Shown here in pieces: positions 52,348 to 62,145 of a stretch of 64,000 bases of DNA. The stretch is from Tangfeifania diversioriginum (GTDB taxonomy: Bacteria; Bacteroidota; Bacteroidia; Bacteroidales; Prolixibacteraceae). The DNA is taken from assembly GCA_945873105.1 (NCBI GenBank), contig CAMCBW010000029.1, positions 9,091 to 73,090 on the forward strand. The letters are read 5' to 3'. A program made the position numbers and the translations under genes. How positions within the stretch are numbered: position 1 is the first letter of the stretch; each line of letters begins with the position of its first letter. The notes beneath the pieces were generated by a model. The model worked only from the letters and a program-made list of their open reading frames with translations. It did not search any database and was not told the origin of the DNA.

Positions 52348-53859
52348 TTACATGCCAGGAAGCTGGACTGTTGCCAGTTTTTCGATCAGGGGAGCCAAAC
52401 TGAAATTTATCATGTCTGACAACCAAAGTGGCGCCACTCCGATGAAAGTAATTCCGATCACCAAAGTGATGGTTGAAAGCCTTTCGTACCAGTTGGCATC
52501 TTCCAGGTGCAGGAAATGCTTGTCTGTGATGGGGCCCATCAGCAAAGTGCCAACCACCCTTAAAATGTAAACAGCCGTGATAACAATGGAGGATACTGCC
52601 ACGATGGTGGCAACCCTGTGGAAAAGATCGACATGTTCGTAGGCGCCAAAAAAGATGGTCATTTCAGCAACAAACCCGCTGAAGCCTGGCAAGCCCAGAG
52701 AAGCCAAACCGGCGATGACATAAACTACGCCAAGGAAGGGAATTACCTTCATCAATCCGCCCATCTCATTGATCATTCTGGTGTGGGTCCGGCCATAAAT
52801 CATCCCGATCAGGGCGAAGAAGAGGGCCGTCATCAAACCGTGGGAGATCATCTGGATCACAGCACCGGTAAATGCGGTTTGGTTCATCATCAGTACTGCG
52901 AAGAGAACAAGTCCGCAGTGGCTCACCGAAGAGTAAGCATTGATGTATTTCAGGTCTTTCTGGAAGATGGCTCCAAATGCGCCATAAACCACACTGATGG
53001 AAGTTAGGATGATGAAGATCCATGCTTGCTCCTGCGCCGCTTCAGGCATCAGGTAGATGGCTACACGGAAGGCACCGTAACCTCCCAGTTTCATCAATAC
53101 GCCTGCATGAAGCATCGAAACTGCCGTTGGTGCAGAGGCATGTCCATCGGGCGACCAGGTATGGAAGGGGAACAAGGCTCCAAGAATCCCGAATCCTACG
53201 AAGGTGAAGGGGAAGAGGAAGCGTTGCATCTCAATTGGAATCTGGTGCTTGGCAATTTCCAGCACATTGAAGGTCAGCTGTCCGCCTTCGGGAACAGAGA
53301 AGAAATAGATTCCAAGGATACCCACCATCAGCAAAGCAGAACCACCCATCAACATCAGGGTCAGTTTCATGGCAGAATATTCTTTCGGTCCGGATCCCCA
53401 GATTCCTATCAAAAGGTACATTGGGATCACGGCGATCTCGTAAAAGAGGAACATGGTGAATAGGTCGAGGGAGATAAAGAACCCAAAGACCCCTGTGGCC
53501 AAAAGTATGAGGGAGATAAAAAATTCGCGTGAGAGAAACTCCATTCTCCAGGAGGCGAAAATTCCGGCGAAAACCACCACTCCGGTGAGGGCGATCATGG
53601 CAACAGATATGCCGTCGACACCCACAGCATAGTGGATATTCAGTGCAGGAAACCACAGCGCATCAAAGGTAAAGAGCATGGGAGCCATGTTGCCGGCCTG
53701 ACGTTCTGTTACATATAAATATACCAGAATGGCCGATAAAATTAATTGCACTGTCATCCCGATGGCACTCACCATCCGGGATTGCTTCAGGTCTTTTGTG
53801 AATAGGATTCCGGCTACGGTCAGAACCGGGATCACTACAAAAAGGGTCAGAATATTCAT
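52348..53859 (-). CDS. nuoM: NADH-quinone oxidoreductase subunit M
   Basis: About 503 aa from Met 53859. Antiporter-like subunit placed by operon position. Confidence 0.9.
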   Translation of the reverse strand: MNILTLFVVIPVLTVAGILFTKDLKQSRMVSAIGMTVQLILSAILVYLYVTERQAGNMAPMLFTFDALWFPALNIHYAVGVDGISVAMIALTGVVVFAGIFASWRMEFLSREFFISLILLATGVFGFFISLDLFTMFLFYEIAVIPMYLLIGIWGSGPKEYSAMKLTLMLMGGSALLMVGILGIYFFSVPEGGQLTFNVLEIAKHQIPIEMQRFLFPFTFVGFGILGALFPFHTWSPDGHASAPTAVSMLHAGVLMKLGGYGAFRVAIYLMPEAAQEQAWIFIILTSISVVYGAFGAIFQKDLKYINAYSSVSHCGLVLFAVLMMNQTAFTGAVIQMISHGLMTALFFALIGMIYGRTHTRMINEMGGLMKVIPFLGVVYVIAGLASLGLPGFSGFVAEMTIFFGAYEHVDLFHRVATIVAVSSIVITAVYILRVVGTLLMGPITDKHFLHLEDANWYERLSTITLVIGITFIGVAPLWLSDMINFSLAPLIEKLATVQLPGM

Positions 53860-53872
53860 AATTAAAAAAATC

Positions 53873-55789
53873 TTAGAGTAGGTAAACAAAAATCAACACC
53901 AGCGCGACAACGCCGCTCACAAATACAAAACCATACTGTTGTACTCTTCCGGATTGAAGTCCCTTGATGTTGAAAGAGCAAAATACCACCAGGTTGGCAA
54001 TGCCGTTCATGGTGCCATCCACGATGTGGCGGTCGAACCAAGCCACTGGCCTGGATATGTAATTGAATATGATTTTCTTGGTAACAAAAAGGTAAACCTC
54101 GTCGATGTAGAATTTCCGGTAGGACCATCGGTAAAGGTGGCTGAATGTTTTGGCAACTGCTGCAGGACGTGAATTTTCGGTCTTGTACATGAGTGTCGCA
54201 ACTGCAATCCCAACCACCCCTATGAGGATCGATGGGGCGGCTATCATCCAGTCGATGTGCGAATCAAAACCCAATCCGTCGGAGGTAACCAGATGATGGA
54301 ATGGCAGAAGTCCGGAGAAAATAGAACCAAAGGCCAGGATCATCAGCGGTATGGTCATCACCAGCGGTGCTTCGTGCGGGGTATGGTGGTAGTGCCTGTC
54401 GTGACCCCAGAAGATACTGTAATAGAGACGGAACATGTAAAAAGCGGTAAGGCCGGCTACCAGGTATTCGATACCGAAGAGAATTTTGTTGGAATGGAAG
54501 GCTGCCACCAGAATTTCGTCCTTGCTGAAAAATCCGGAGAAAGGCGGAATTCCGGCGATGGTAAGGCAGGCGATCAGGAAGGTCATGTGGGTAATGGGCA
54601 GGTATTTTCTCAAACCACCCATTTCGCTCATGTCGTTGCTGTGAACGGCATGGATGACAGCCCCGGCTCCCAGGAACAACAATGCCTTGAACATGGCATG
54701 GGTGAAAAGGTGGAAGTTGGAGGCCATAAATCCCAATCCCTCTTCGCCTCCGTAACCGGATACACCCAGTGAAAGCATCATGTAGCCGATTTGTGACATG
54801 GTGGAAAAGGCCAGCACCCTTTTTATATCTGTCTGTGTGAGTGCAATGACGGCCGCGAAAAGAGAGGTGAAAGCACCTACCCAGGCTACGACCTCGAGTG
54901 CTACAGGACCTCCCAGTGCATAGACCGGAAAGAGGCGGGCAACCAGGTAAACCCCGGCAACCACCATGGTGGCAGCATGGATCAATGCGGAAACCGGCGT
55001 CGGACCCTCCATGGCATCCGGTAACCAGATGTGGAGCGGAAACATGGCCGATTTACCGGCGCCCCCGACGAAGATCAAAATCAAAGCCCAGGTAAGAAGT
55101 GAAAGTCCCATGAAAGCGGCTCCTCCTGCTGAAGAAATCGCCGGACCGTTGGGATCTACCAGGGTTTGAAAATCAAATGTTCCGGTGGTAAATGAGAGAA
55201 TCAGGATACCGATCAGAAACCCAAGGTCGGCGAACCTGGTAACGATAAATGCTTTTTTTGCGGCTGAAAAGGCGCTTGGTTTTTCGTAGTAGTAGCCTAT
55301 CAACAGGAAAGAGGAGACACCCACCAACTCCCAGAAGATGTACATCTGAAACAGATTGGTCGCCAGGACCAAACCCAGCATGGAGAAGCTGAACAATGAC
55401 AAGAAAGAATAAAACCTGGCAAAGCCCCTTTCTCCTTCCATGTATCCAAGGCTGTAAATGTGTACCATGAAAGATACAGTCGATACAACGATTAACATCA
55501 TCACAGAGATTGGGTCTATGAGGATACCCAGGTTAATGGTGAGCTTTTCGGTCAGGTGAAGCCAGGTAATCTCGAAGGCCTTGACAGAAGTATAGGCTGT
55601 TCCATGCACATGGTCAGTGATAAAATACTTAAATGCTGTATAGTAGGAGAGGAAAGTGGCAATGCCCAGTCCTACCGTACCAATCAAGCCACCCAGTTTC
55701 CCTTTCAGTTTGTCTTCGGCCATACCGACGAAGAGAAAAACAAAGAAGGGAATAAGAGGTATTAACAATGTATATGCGTAACTATTCAT
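53873..55789 (-). CDS. nuoL: NADH-quinone oxidoreductase subunit L
   Basis: 638 aa, the longest antiporter-like subunit, with a C-terminal lateral-helix extension. Confidence 0.92.
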   Translation of the reverse strand: MNSYAYTLLIPLIPFFVFLFVGMAEDKLKGKLGGLIGTVGLGIATFLSYYTAFKYFITDHVHGTAYTSVKAFEITWLHLTEKLTINLGILIDPISVMMLIVVSTVSFMVHIYSLGYMEGERGFARFYSFLSLFSFSMLGLVLATNLFQMYIFWELVGVSSFLLIGYYYEKPSAFSAAKKAFIVTRFADLGFLIGILILSFTTGTFDFQTLVDPNGPAISSAGGAAFMGLSLLTWALILIFVGGAGKSAMFPLHIWLPDAMEGPTPVSALIHAATMVVAGVYLVARLFPVYALGGPVALEVVAWVGAFTSLFAAVIALTQTDIKRVLAFSTMSQIGYMMLSLGVSGYGGEEGLGFMASNFHLFTHAMFKALLFLGAGAVIHAVHSNDMSEMGGLRKYLPITHMTFLIACLTIAGIPPFSGFFSKDEILVAAFHSNKILFGIEYLVAGLTAFYMFRLYYSIFWGHDRHYHHTPHEAPLVMTIPLMILAFGSIFSGLLPFHHLVTSDGLGFDSHIDWMIAAPSILIGVVGIAVATLMYKTENSRPAAVAKTFSHLYRWSYRKFYIDEVYLFVTKKIIFNYISRPVAWFDRHIVDGTMNGIANLVVFCSFNIKGLQSGRVQQYGFVFVSGVVALVLIFVYLL

Positions 55790-55817
55790 ATCGTGAGTTT
55801 TCTAAACAGTTAGTGGT

Positions 55818-56135
55818 TCAAAGTTTCATTTGGTCAAGGTTCTCCACATCAATCGATTTGAAGTTGCGGTAGATGTTGATGATAATGGCAATCGCCACTG
55901 CAGCTTCCGAAGCTGCGACCGCAATCACGATCAGGCTGAAAAAGTGGCCGTGAAGCAGGTTGGGATAGAGAAATTTGTTGAAAACCACAAAATTAATATT
56001 CACTGAATTGAGAATCAATTCGATCGACATCAACATGGTAATCAGATTTCTTCTGGTCAGGAAACCGTAGATGCCGATGAAGAACATCAGGGTACTGATA
56101 ACAAGAAATGAGTTAAGTGGGATATTGTCTATCAT
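55818..56135 (-). CDS. nuoK: NADH-quinone oxidoreductase subunit K
   Basis: 105 aa with 3 TM segments and conserved Glu residues (SIELILN, ASEAAVAIAI). Confidence 0.92.
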   Translation of the reverse strand: MIDNIPLNSFLVISTLMFFIGIYGFLTRRNLITMLMSIELILNSVNINFVVFNKFLYPNLLHGHFFSLIVIAVAASEAAVAIAIIINIYRNFKSIDVENLDQMKL

Positions 56136-56695
56136 GATTTGGATGAATTATCAGGATTAATTTTGGGTTGATTGCCAGCTGTTGCCAGGTGCTTCTCTTT
56201 CTTGGCCAAAACGATGGCACCAACCATTGCTGCAAGCAAGAGTATGGAGATCACCTCGAAAGGCAATGCAAATCCGTCCCTGCCGTAGGATACCAGTGCC
56301 AGTCCTACATTGTGGACATTGGCTTCCACTGCAGGGGAGGCAGATGGCGTAAAGGCATACTGCAGGAAAGTGAGGATGGTGAGTGCGGCTCCGGCTGCAG
56401 TGGCCAGGGCCGAGAATATTTGCTGCCTCACGGGTGCCACCACCGCTTTTTCACTGACATGGCTGGTTAAAAGGATGGAGAAGATGATCAGTACGATGAT
56501 ACCTCCTGCATAAACGGTTAACTGAACAGCCGCAAGGAAATTGTAATTCAGCATGAAGTAGATTCCTGCCGTTGAGACCAGCACGAAAAGCAGGTAGACG
56601 GCTGATCTGAGGATTCTGCGACTGGTGACGGTCAATACCGAAAAGGTAAGGATTGAACCGGCAAACAGGTAGAACATGATATCGTTGAGCGTCAT
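56132..56695 (-). CDS. nuoJ: NADH-quinone oxidoreductase subunit J
   Basis: 187-aa membrane subunit, placed by operon position. Confidence 0.88.
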   Translation of the reverse strand: MTLNDIMFYLFAGSILTFSVLTVTSRRILRSAVYLLFVLVSTAGIYFMLNYNFLAAVQLTVYAGGIIVLIIFSILLTSHVSEKAVVAPVRQQIFSALATAAGAALTILTFLQYAFTPSASPAVEANVHNVGLALVSYGRDGFALPFEVISILLLAAMVGAIVLAKKEKHLATAGNQPKINPDNSSKS

Positions 56696-56720
56696 AACTA
56701 ATATTTTTTGATGCAGTTGA

Positions 56721-57203
56721 TTACTCTTTCACTCCTTGTGCAATTTTTGAACCAGGCTGATTCAGCACTTTGGTAAGTTTTGAACGATCCCAAACGGCAT
56801 GTTCAAAATTCTGACCCATTACAATGGCTCCGGTCGGGCAAGCCTTGATACAAAGATTGCAAAGCGTGCACATGCCAAGATGGTAGATATGCTGGTCGAT
56901 GGCCCGTTTTTTCTTTCCCTCTTCGGTCAGCTCCATTTTGCTGATGATTTCAATGGAACCGTTGGGACAGTTGATTTCGCAGATTCCGCAACCGGTACAG
57001 AGGTGTTCGTTGTTCTCGTTGTGGGTCATGATGACTTCACCGCGAAAACGATCAAACATCTTCAGGGTATCACGGTTCTCGGGATATTGCTGGGTGACGT
57101 TGTTCCAGGGTGTAAAAACATACTTTCCGGTAATTTTCATACCTGTCAGAAGTGTTCCTACTCCTTTGAAAACGGTGCTTATATATTGAAATAGCGCGTT
57201 CAT
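56721..57203 (-). CDS. nuoI: NADH-quinone oxidoreductase subunit I (2x[4Fe-4S])
   Basis: Two ferredoxin motifs (CTGCGICEINCP, CTLCNLCIKACP). Confidence 0.92.
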   Translation of the reverse strand: MNALFQYISTVFKGVGTLLTGMKITGKYVFTPWNNVTQQYPENRDTLKMFDRFRGEVIMTHNENNEHLCTGCGICEINCPNGSIEIISKMELTEEGKKKRAIDQHIYHLGMCTLCNLCIKACPTGAIVMGQNFEHAVWDRSKLTKVLNQPGSKIAQGVKE

Positions 57204-57216
57204 ATAGCTATAATTT

Positions 57217-58305
57217 TTACAGATGGAATTTGGTTAATACGACCAGGCTCATCAGCAGGATATTGATCAGATTGATGGGCAACAGGTACTTCCACTCGAG
57301 GGTCAGGATCTGGTCAACCCTCAAACGGGGGAAGGTCCACTTGAACCACATGATCAGGAAGATCACACCCAGTACCTTCATGAAGAACCAAACAAGCGGC
57401 GGGATAAAGTCCATGACCACATTGAAGGATTCGAAGGAGCCAAAATGCAACGGCATCCATCCTCCCAGGAATACCGTGGTAGCCATTGCAGCTACAATAA
57501 ACATATTGATGTATTCGGCCAGGAAGAAAAAGGCGAATTTAATTCCAGAGTATTCGGTATGGAAACCGGCAGTAAGTTCCGACTCTGCTTCCGCGAGGTC
57601 GAAAGGACCACGGTTGGTCTCTGCGGTACCCGCAATCAGGAAGATCACAAAGGCAATCAATGCCGGAATATGCCCTTTGAAGATAAACCAGGCGTCGCGC
57701 TGGCTTTCAACCACAACAGAAAGTTGCATGGATCCGGCAAGAATAATAATGGTAACCAGGGAGAGTGAGACAGACAACTCATAACTGAGGATCTGTGCAC
57801 CACTACGCATGGCACCAATCAGGGAGTATTTGTTGTTACTTGACCAGCCGGCGATCAGGATTCCGATCACACCAACGGAAGATACTGCGGTAACATAGAA
57901 GATGCCAATGTCAAAATCAAGGGTTTGCAAACCTTTGGCGAAGGGCAATACTGCCATGGCCAGGAACGTGGCGATCATGACAATGAAGGGGGCCAGGTTG
58001 TAGAGGAATTTGTCGGCACTTTTTGGCATGATCAGCTCCTTCATCAGCAATTTGATGAAGTCGGCGATGGTTTGAAGCAAACCCCAGTAACCTACCCGCA
58101 TAGGGCCCAAACGCTGCTGGAAGGCTGCACAAACTTTTCTTTCTGCATAGACCAGGAACAATCCGAAGAGTGCAACAAAGAGCATGTAACTGACCCCGAT
58201 GATGGTCCATTCAACAATGGTCGTAGCCGTTGGAGACATCCGCTCCAAAAACCACAGGTGCATGTTGTGGGTCATTCCTGAAAAATCGTAAATGTTGAAT
58301 CCCAT
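57217..58305 (-). CDS. nuoH: NADH-quinone oxidoreductase subunit H
   Basis: 362 aa with conserved ERKV.A..Q.R.GP and PFDL.EAESEL motifs. Confidence 0.93.
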   Translation of the reverse strand: MGFNIYDFSGMTHNMHLWFLERMSPTATTIVEWTIIGVSYMLFVALFGLFLVYAERKVCAAFQQRLGPMRVGYWGLLQTIADFIKLLMKELIMPKSADKFLYNLAPFIVMIATFLAMAVLPFAKGLQTLDFDIGIFYVTAVSSVGVIGILIAGWSSNNKYSLIGAMRSGAQILSYELSVSLSLVTIIILAGSMQLSVVVESQRDAWFIFKGHIPALIAFVIFLIAGTAETNRGPFDLAEAESELTAGFHTEYSGIKFAFFFLAEYINMFIVAAMATTVFLGGWMPLHFGSFESFNVVMDFIPPLVWFFMKVLGVIFLIMWFKWTFPRLRVDQILTLEWKYLLPINLINILLMSLVVLTKFHL

Positions 58306-58348
58306 TAGATTTGATGATTTTCGATATAGTCAATCGTGTTAGTACTAA

Positions 58349-59482
58349 TTACCTGTCAATGTCGGGGATCACCAGGTCGAGCGTCGACATGATGGCAACA
58401 AGGTCAGCAATTTTGTGACCAGCAGCCATTTTGTTCAGCGCGAACAGGTTGGAGAATCCCGGCGAACGGAACTTCACCCGGTAGGGATTCTTCTTGCCAT
58501 CGCTGACAATGTAGACCCCAAATTCTCCCCTGGCCGTTTCGACCCTTTGGTAGAATTCGCCCTCCGGCAGTTTGACAACCCCCTTCATCTTGACCGCATA
58601 ATCCCCTTCCGGGATGTTGTCGATCAACTGTTCGATGATGTGGAGTGATTCATACATCTCCTCCATTCTCAAACGGTAGCGGGTAAATGTATCTCCCTTG
58701 GTTGCAAGTTTTTCTTCAAACTGCACCAGCGGGTAGGCACTGTAAGGCTGGTGTTTCCTGACGTCACAGGAGAATCCGGAACCACGGCCCGAAGGACCGG
58801 TTACACCCCAGGCGATGGCATCTTCCAGCGAAAGATAACCTATGTCATTGGTGCGCTCCTGGAAAATGACATTGCCGGTGAGCAATTGATCGTATTCAGG
58901 CAGCTTCTTTCTGAACTCTTTGATGAACTCTTTCACCCTTTTCTGAAAGTTGGGGTGAATATCGAACATGACACCCCCGGGAACGCTGTAATTGAGCGTC
59001 ATCCTGGCACCACAGGTCTCCTCGAAGATATCGAGAATGTGTTCACGGTCACGAAGGCCGTAAAAGAAGGTGGTCAATGCCCCGAGGTCCATCCCCATTA
59101 CACACCACCAAAGCTGGTGGGAAGCCAGACGGCTCAACTCGTCCATGATGGTTCGGATGTATTTGACCCGCTCAGGAACTTCGACCTGGAGCGCGTTTTC
59201 GATACAAAGTGCCACTGCTTCGTTGTTCATGTGGGCCGAGAGATAATCCATCCGGTCGGTCAGGTGAATGACCTGCGGGTAGGAGATGGCCTCGCACATT
59301 TTTTCGATTCCGCTGTGGATGTATCCGACATGGGGCTGGATGTTGTGAACCATCTCACCTTCCAAACGGACAAGCAGCCGAAGCACCCCGTGTGTGGAAG
59401 GGTGTTGGGGCCCCATGTTGACAAGATACTCATCGGTATGAATCTTATCAGAGGTAATGATAATCTCTTTGGTTTCAGACAT
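58349..59482 (-). CDS. nuoD: NADH-quinone oxidoreductase subunit D
   Basis: 377 aa with NMGPQHPSTHGVLRL and C-terminal DLVIPDIDR motifs. Confidence 0.93.
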   Translation of the reverse strand: MSETKEIIITSDKIHTDEYLVNMGPQHPSTHGVLRLLVRLEGEMVHNIQPHVGYIHSGIEKMCEAISYPQVIHLTDRMDYLSAHMNNEAVALCIENALQVEVPERVKYIRTIMDELSRLASHQLWWCVMGMDLGALTTFFYGLRDREHILDIFEETCGARMTLNYSVPGGVMFDIHPNFQKRVKEFIKEFRKKLPEYDQLLTGNVIFQERTNDIGYLSLEDAIAWGVTGPSGRGSGFSCDVRKHQPYSAYPLVQFEEKLATKGDTFTRYRLRMEEMYESLHIIEQLIDNIPEGDYAVKMKGVVKLPEGEFYQRVETARGEFGVYIVSDGKKNPYRVKFRSPGFSNLFALNKMAAGHKIADLVAIMSTLDLVIPDIDR

Positions 59483-59486
59483 AAGG

Positions 59487-59942
59487 CTATCGTTCTACTA
59501 TTCTTACTTCGTCTTTAAAATCTTTCCGCAGCGGGAATCCGTAGTCGTCATCCAGGAAAAGCCGGCGCAGGTCAGTATGGTGGTTGAATTTCACCCCCAA
59601 AAGGTCGTAGACCTCCCTTTCGTGGTATTTGGCAGTCTGCCAGACATCACTGACGGTATCGACTTTGGGATCCACACGATCGGCGGTATTTACCTTCAGT
59701 ACCACCATGTGGCGGTGTTTCACCGATTCGAGGTGGTAAACGATCTGCATCGATTCAGGGTAGTCTACTCCGGTGAGGCAAATCAGGTAATCAAATGATA
59801 ACTCCGGCACCCCTTTGAGTTGCACGGCTGTTTCATGCAGATCGGCTGCCTGAACCAGGATTTCCAGGTACTGCTTGCCGGGCTTCACCTCGGCATTAGA
59901 AAACTTACCTGCAAGATAAGCTTGTAGTTCTTCGTTTATCAT
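59487..59942 (-). CDS. nuoC: NADH-quinone oxidoreductase subunit C
   Basis: 151 aa with the W..A.YHEREVYDL.G motif. Confidence 0.9.
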   Translation of the reverse strand: MINEELQAYLAGKFSNAEVKPGKQYLEILVQAADLHETAVQLKGVPELSFDYLICLTGVDYPESMQIVYHLESVKHRHMVVLKVNTADRVDPKVDTVSDVWQTAKYHEREVYDLLGVKFNHHTDLRRLFLDDDYGFPLRKDFKDEVRIVER

Positions 59943-60012
59943 TTAACTTAATATCAGTTTGTTAAGTGATTTATTGTAGGTTTGATAGTGATTCCGGTCA
60001 TGCTGGTTGGCT

Positions 60013-60585
60013 TCAGGGCTGGGGTGCATTCTTCTTCTGTTTTCTGGAGAAATAGCGCTCCCGCTTGATTTTCTTTTGCAGCTGCATCATCCCATACAAC
60101 AACGCCTCAGGCCGCGGAGGGCATCCGGGTACGTAAACATCCACCGGAATAACATGATCGGCACCCCTGACAACTGCATAATTGTTGTAATAGAAGGGAC
60201 CCCCGGAGATGGCACAGCCACCCATGGCAACGACATACTTGGGATCGGCAATCTGATCATACAACCTCTTGAGCACAGGGGCCATTTTGTAATTGATGGT
60301 TCCCGAGATGATGATCAAATCGGCCTGCCGGGGAGTTGCCCGGGCTACCTCCATACCAAACCTGGCCATGTCGTGCCTGGAGGCACCAACGGCCATGAAT
60401 TCAATGGCGCAGCAGCGGGTTCCAAACGTAAGCGGCCACAATGAATTGGAACGTGACCAGTTGATCAAATCATCCAGTTTGGCAAGGATGATGCTTCCAC
60501 CCTCGTATTCGGCCAGGATCGGATAATCGTTGGCCTCGAACTCTTTTTTACTCTTTACTCCCATTTCAATGCATGTTTTTTCCAT
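60013..60585 (-). CDS. nuoB: NADH-quinone oxidoreductase subunit B
   Basis: N2-cluster cysteines ([27 protein letters not shown]). The start may be the Met at 60564. Confidence 0.93.
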   Translation of the reverse strand: MEKTCIEMGVKSKKEFEANDYPILAEYEGGSIILAKLDDLINWSRSNSLWPLTFGTRCCAIEFMAVGASRHDMARFGMEVARATPRQADLIIISGTINYKMAPVLKRLYDQIADPKYVVAMGGCAISGGPFYYNNYAVVRGADHVIPVDVYVPGCPPRPEALLYGMMQLQKKIKRERYFSRKQKKNAPQP

Positions 60586-60905
60586 CCGTAAAACAATCCC
60601 AATCCCAATATGGCAAAGAAGATCAGAATCTCGATAAACCCTGTCATTCCTACTTCTCTCATTACAGTCGCCCAGGGGAAGATAAAGACGGTCTCCACGT
60701 CAAATATCAGGAAGAGAATGGCAAAAAGATAGTACCCGACGGTATATTGGTTCCAGGTTTCTCCAATGGTCTCAATTCCACATTCGTAAGGCTCAAATTT
60801 TGCCGTATTGTACGATGTTGGAGGGACATAACTGGAAAAGACCAGTGCCAAACCAACCAGTGAAATGGCCGTTATGAAGAAAAGTAAGAGTGCACTACTT
60901 TCCAT
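60555..60905 (-). CDS. nuoA: NADH-quinone oxidoreductase subunit A
   Basis: 116 aa with 3 TM segments and the YECG and FLIFDVE motifs. Confidence 0.92.
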   Translation of the reverse strand: MESSALLLFFITAISLVGLALVFSSYVPPTSYNTAKFEPYECGIETIGETWNQYTVGYYLFAILFLIFDVETVFIFPWATVMREVGMTGFIEILIFFAILGLGLFYGWKKHALKWE

Positions 60906-61189
60906 GTTAAATGGTTTTAATTGTTAATAAGAATTGTTCTAAATAACAGTGTATAAGGAACTTCAACAAACAGCGACAAAAATAGAAATTTATCCTTAAC
61001 CCAATCCCCCGACTTCCGAATTATTTAAAAGTTATTAAAATATCTTAATTAGTAGATACATTGAACCAGGTACCGGGTAGTACAAACAAACACGAAAACA
61101 AGCCCTTGCGGAGTTGAGGAATGGCATGCATTCTGAAAAAAAACTTATGAACAAGATCCGGGATAGTTGTTGATATTGGAGAAAAAGAA

Positions 61190-61262
61190 GTGAACTAAAG
61201 TGACTAAAGTGTACTAAAGTGACTAAAGTGTACTAAAGTGAACTAAAGTGAACTAAAGTGAA
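61190..61262. repeat. Tandem word array (GTGAACTAAA / GTGACTAAA / GTGTACTAAA, 7 units)
   Basis: Seven 9-10 nt units, the same word family as 37485-37593. The array is the reverse complement of the array at 62101-62145 on the other side of the DUF1080 gene. Confidence 0.92.
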
Positions 61263-61331
61263 GGGCATTTGTGGCCAATTGCTAACAGCAAATAGCCCAA
61301 AGTCTAGGTTACTATAAGGAAGAGTGCTGAT

Positions 61332-61931
61332 TTACAGTTCAGTGATCTTCAGATTCTTCCATCGTACCTTGATGCCTCCGCCATCGTGGATCTGAAGGGC
61401 AATGGAACCATTGGCAGCCCCTATTTTCTGATCCGTGAAGTCAGTCATGGAGGTACCATTCAGCCAGGTTTGTACGTGATCACCAACTACTTTGATTCGC
61501 ATGGTATTCCATTCACCCGGTTTGAGTACATTTTCCTTTTCAGGCGGAATCTGAACCAGCCATCCGCGGCCATAGGACTCATAGATTCCTCCTGAATCAT
61601 GGTCTTTTGGGGCAACTTCACACTGCCAGCCGGCTATTTTGGTGCCGGTAACCGTCGAGCGGAAAAAGATGCCGCTGTTGCCATTGCTCTCCTGGAGAAA
61701 ATCGCAGGTGAGGTCAAAATCCTTGTAGAATTTCTCGGTGGCCAGGTAGCCGTATTTCTTGTCAGGACCGCTTTCGCACACCAGGTTTTTGTTGTCGACG
61801 TACCATTTCTCGGTACCATAGATCTTCCATCCGGTCAGGTCCTTCCCGTTGAACAATTTGGTTTTCTTGCCGAAAGATTGGGAAATTGCCAGAACAAAGA
61901 TCATTCCCAGTATTAACAATTGTTTCTTCAT
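61332..61931 (-). CDS. DUF1080 (3-keto-disaccharide hydrolase-like, concanavalin-type) secreted protein
   Basis: Signal peptide followed by LFNGKDLTGWKIYG, NSGIFFRS, EVAP... and IALQIHDGG blocks typical of DUF1080. Confidence 0.75.
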   Translation of the reverse strand: MKKQLLILGMIFVLAISQSFGKKTKLFNGKDLTGWKIYGTEKWYVDNKNLVCESGPDKKYGYLATEKFYKDFDLTCDFLQESNGNSGIFFRSTVTGTKIAGWQCEVAPKDHDSGGIYESYGRGWLVQIPPEKENVLKPGEWNTMRIKVVGDHVQTWLNGTSMTDFTDQKIGAANGSIALQIHDGGGIKVRWKNLKITEL

Positions 61932-62012
61932 GAAATCCTGTATTAATTTAGTCGGACTATAAAATGTTGGAGATGCTAATTTCTATGCTATCAGTCATTT
62001 ACAATAAGTGTC

Positions 62013-62145
62013 TCGCAAAGGCGCAAAGAGCGCAAAGAAATAGGCAAAATGAGGTTATTCAGGCACTAGTCATCTCCCACCATCAACAAGCGTAGCGAAG
62101 TACTTTAGGCATTTTAGTTCACTCTAGCGCACTTTAGGCACTTTC
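62013..62145. repeat. Two tandem word arrays: (GCGCAAAG)x3 at 62013-62037 and (CACTTTAGG-type)x4-5 at 62101-62145
   Basis: The first is tcgcaaaggcgcaaagagcgcaaag. The second is tactttaggcattttagttcactctagcgcactttaggcac, which ends 1 nt before the stop of the TIM-barrel gene. Confidence 0.88.

Noticed and set aside
50892-60905. Absence of nuoEFG as a deletion or assembly artefact.
   Set aside because: nuoD and nuoH are separated by only 43 nt of intact intergenic sequence. The 11-subunit arrangement is the normal state in this phylum.
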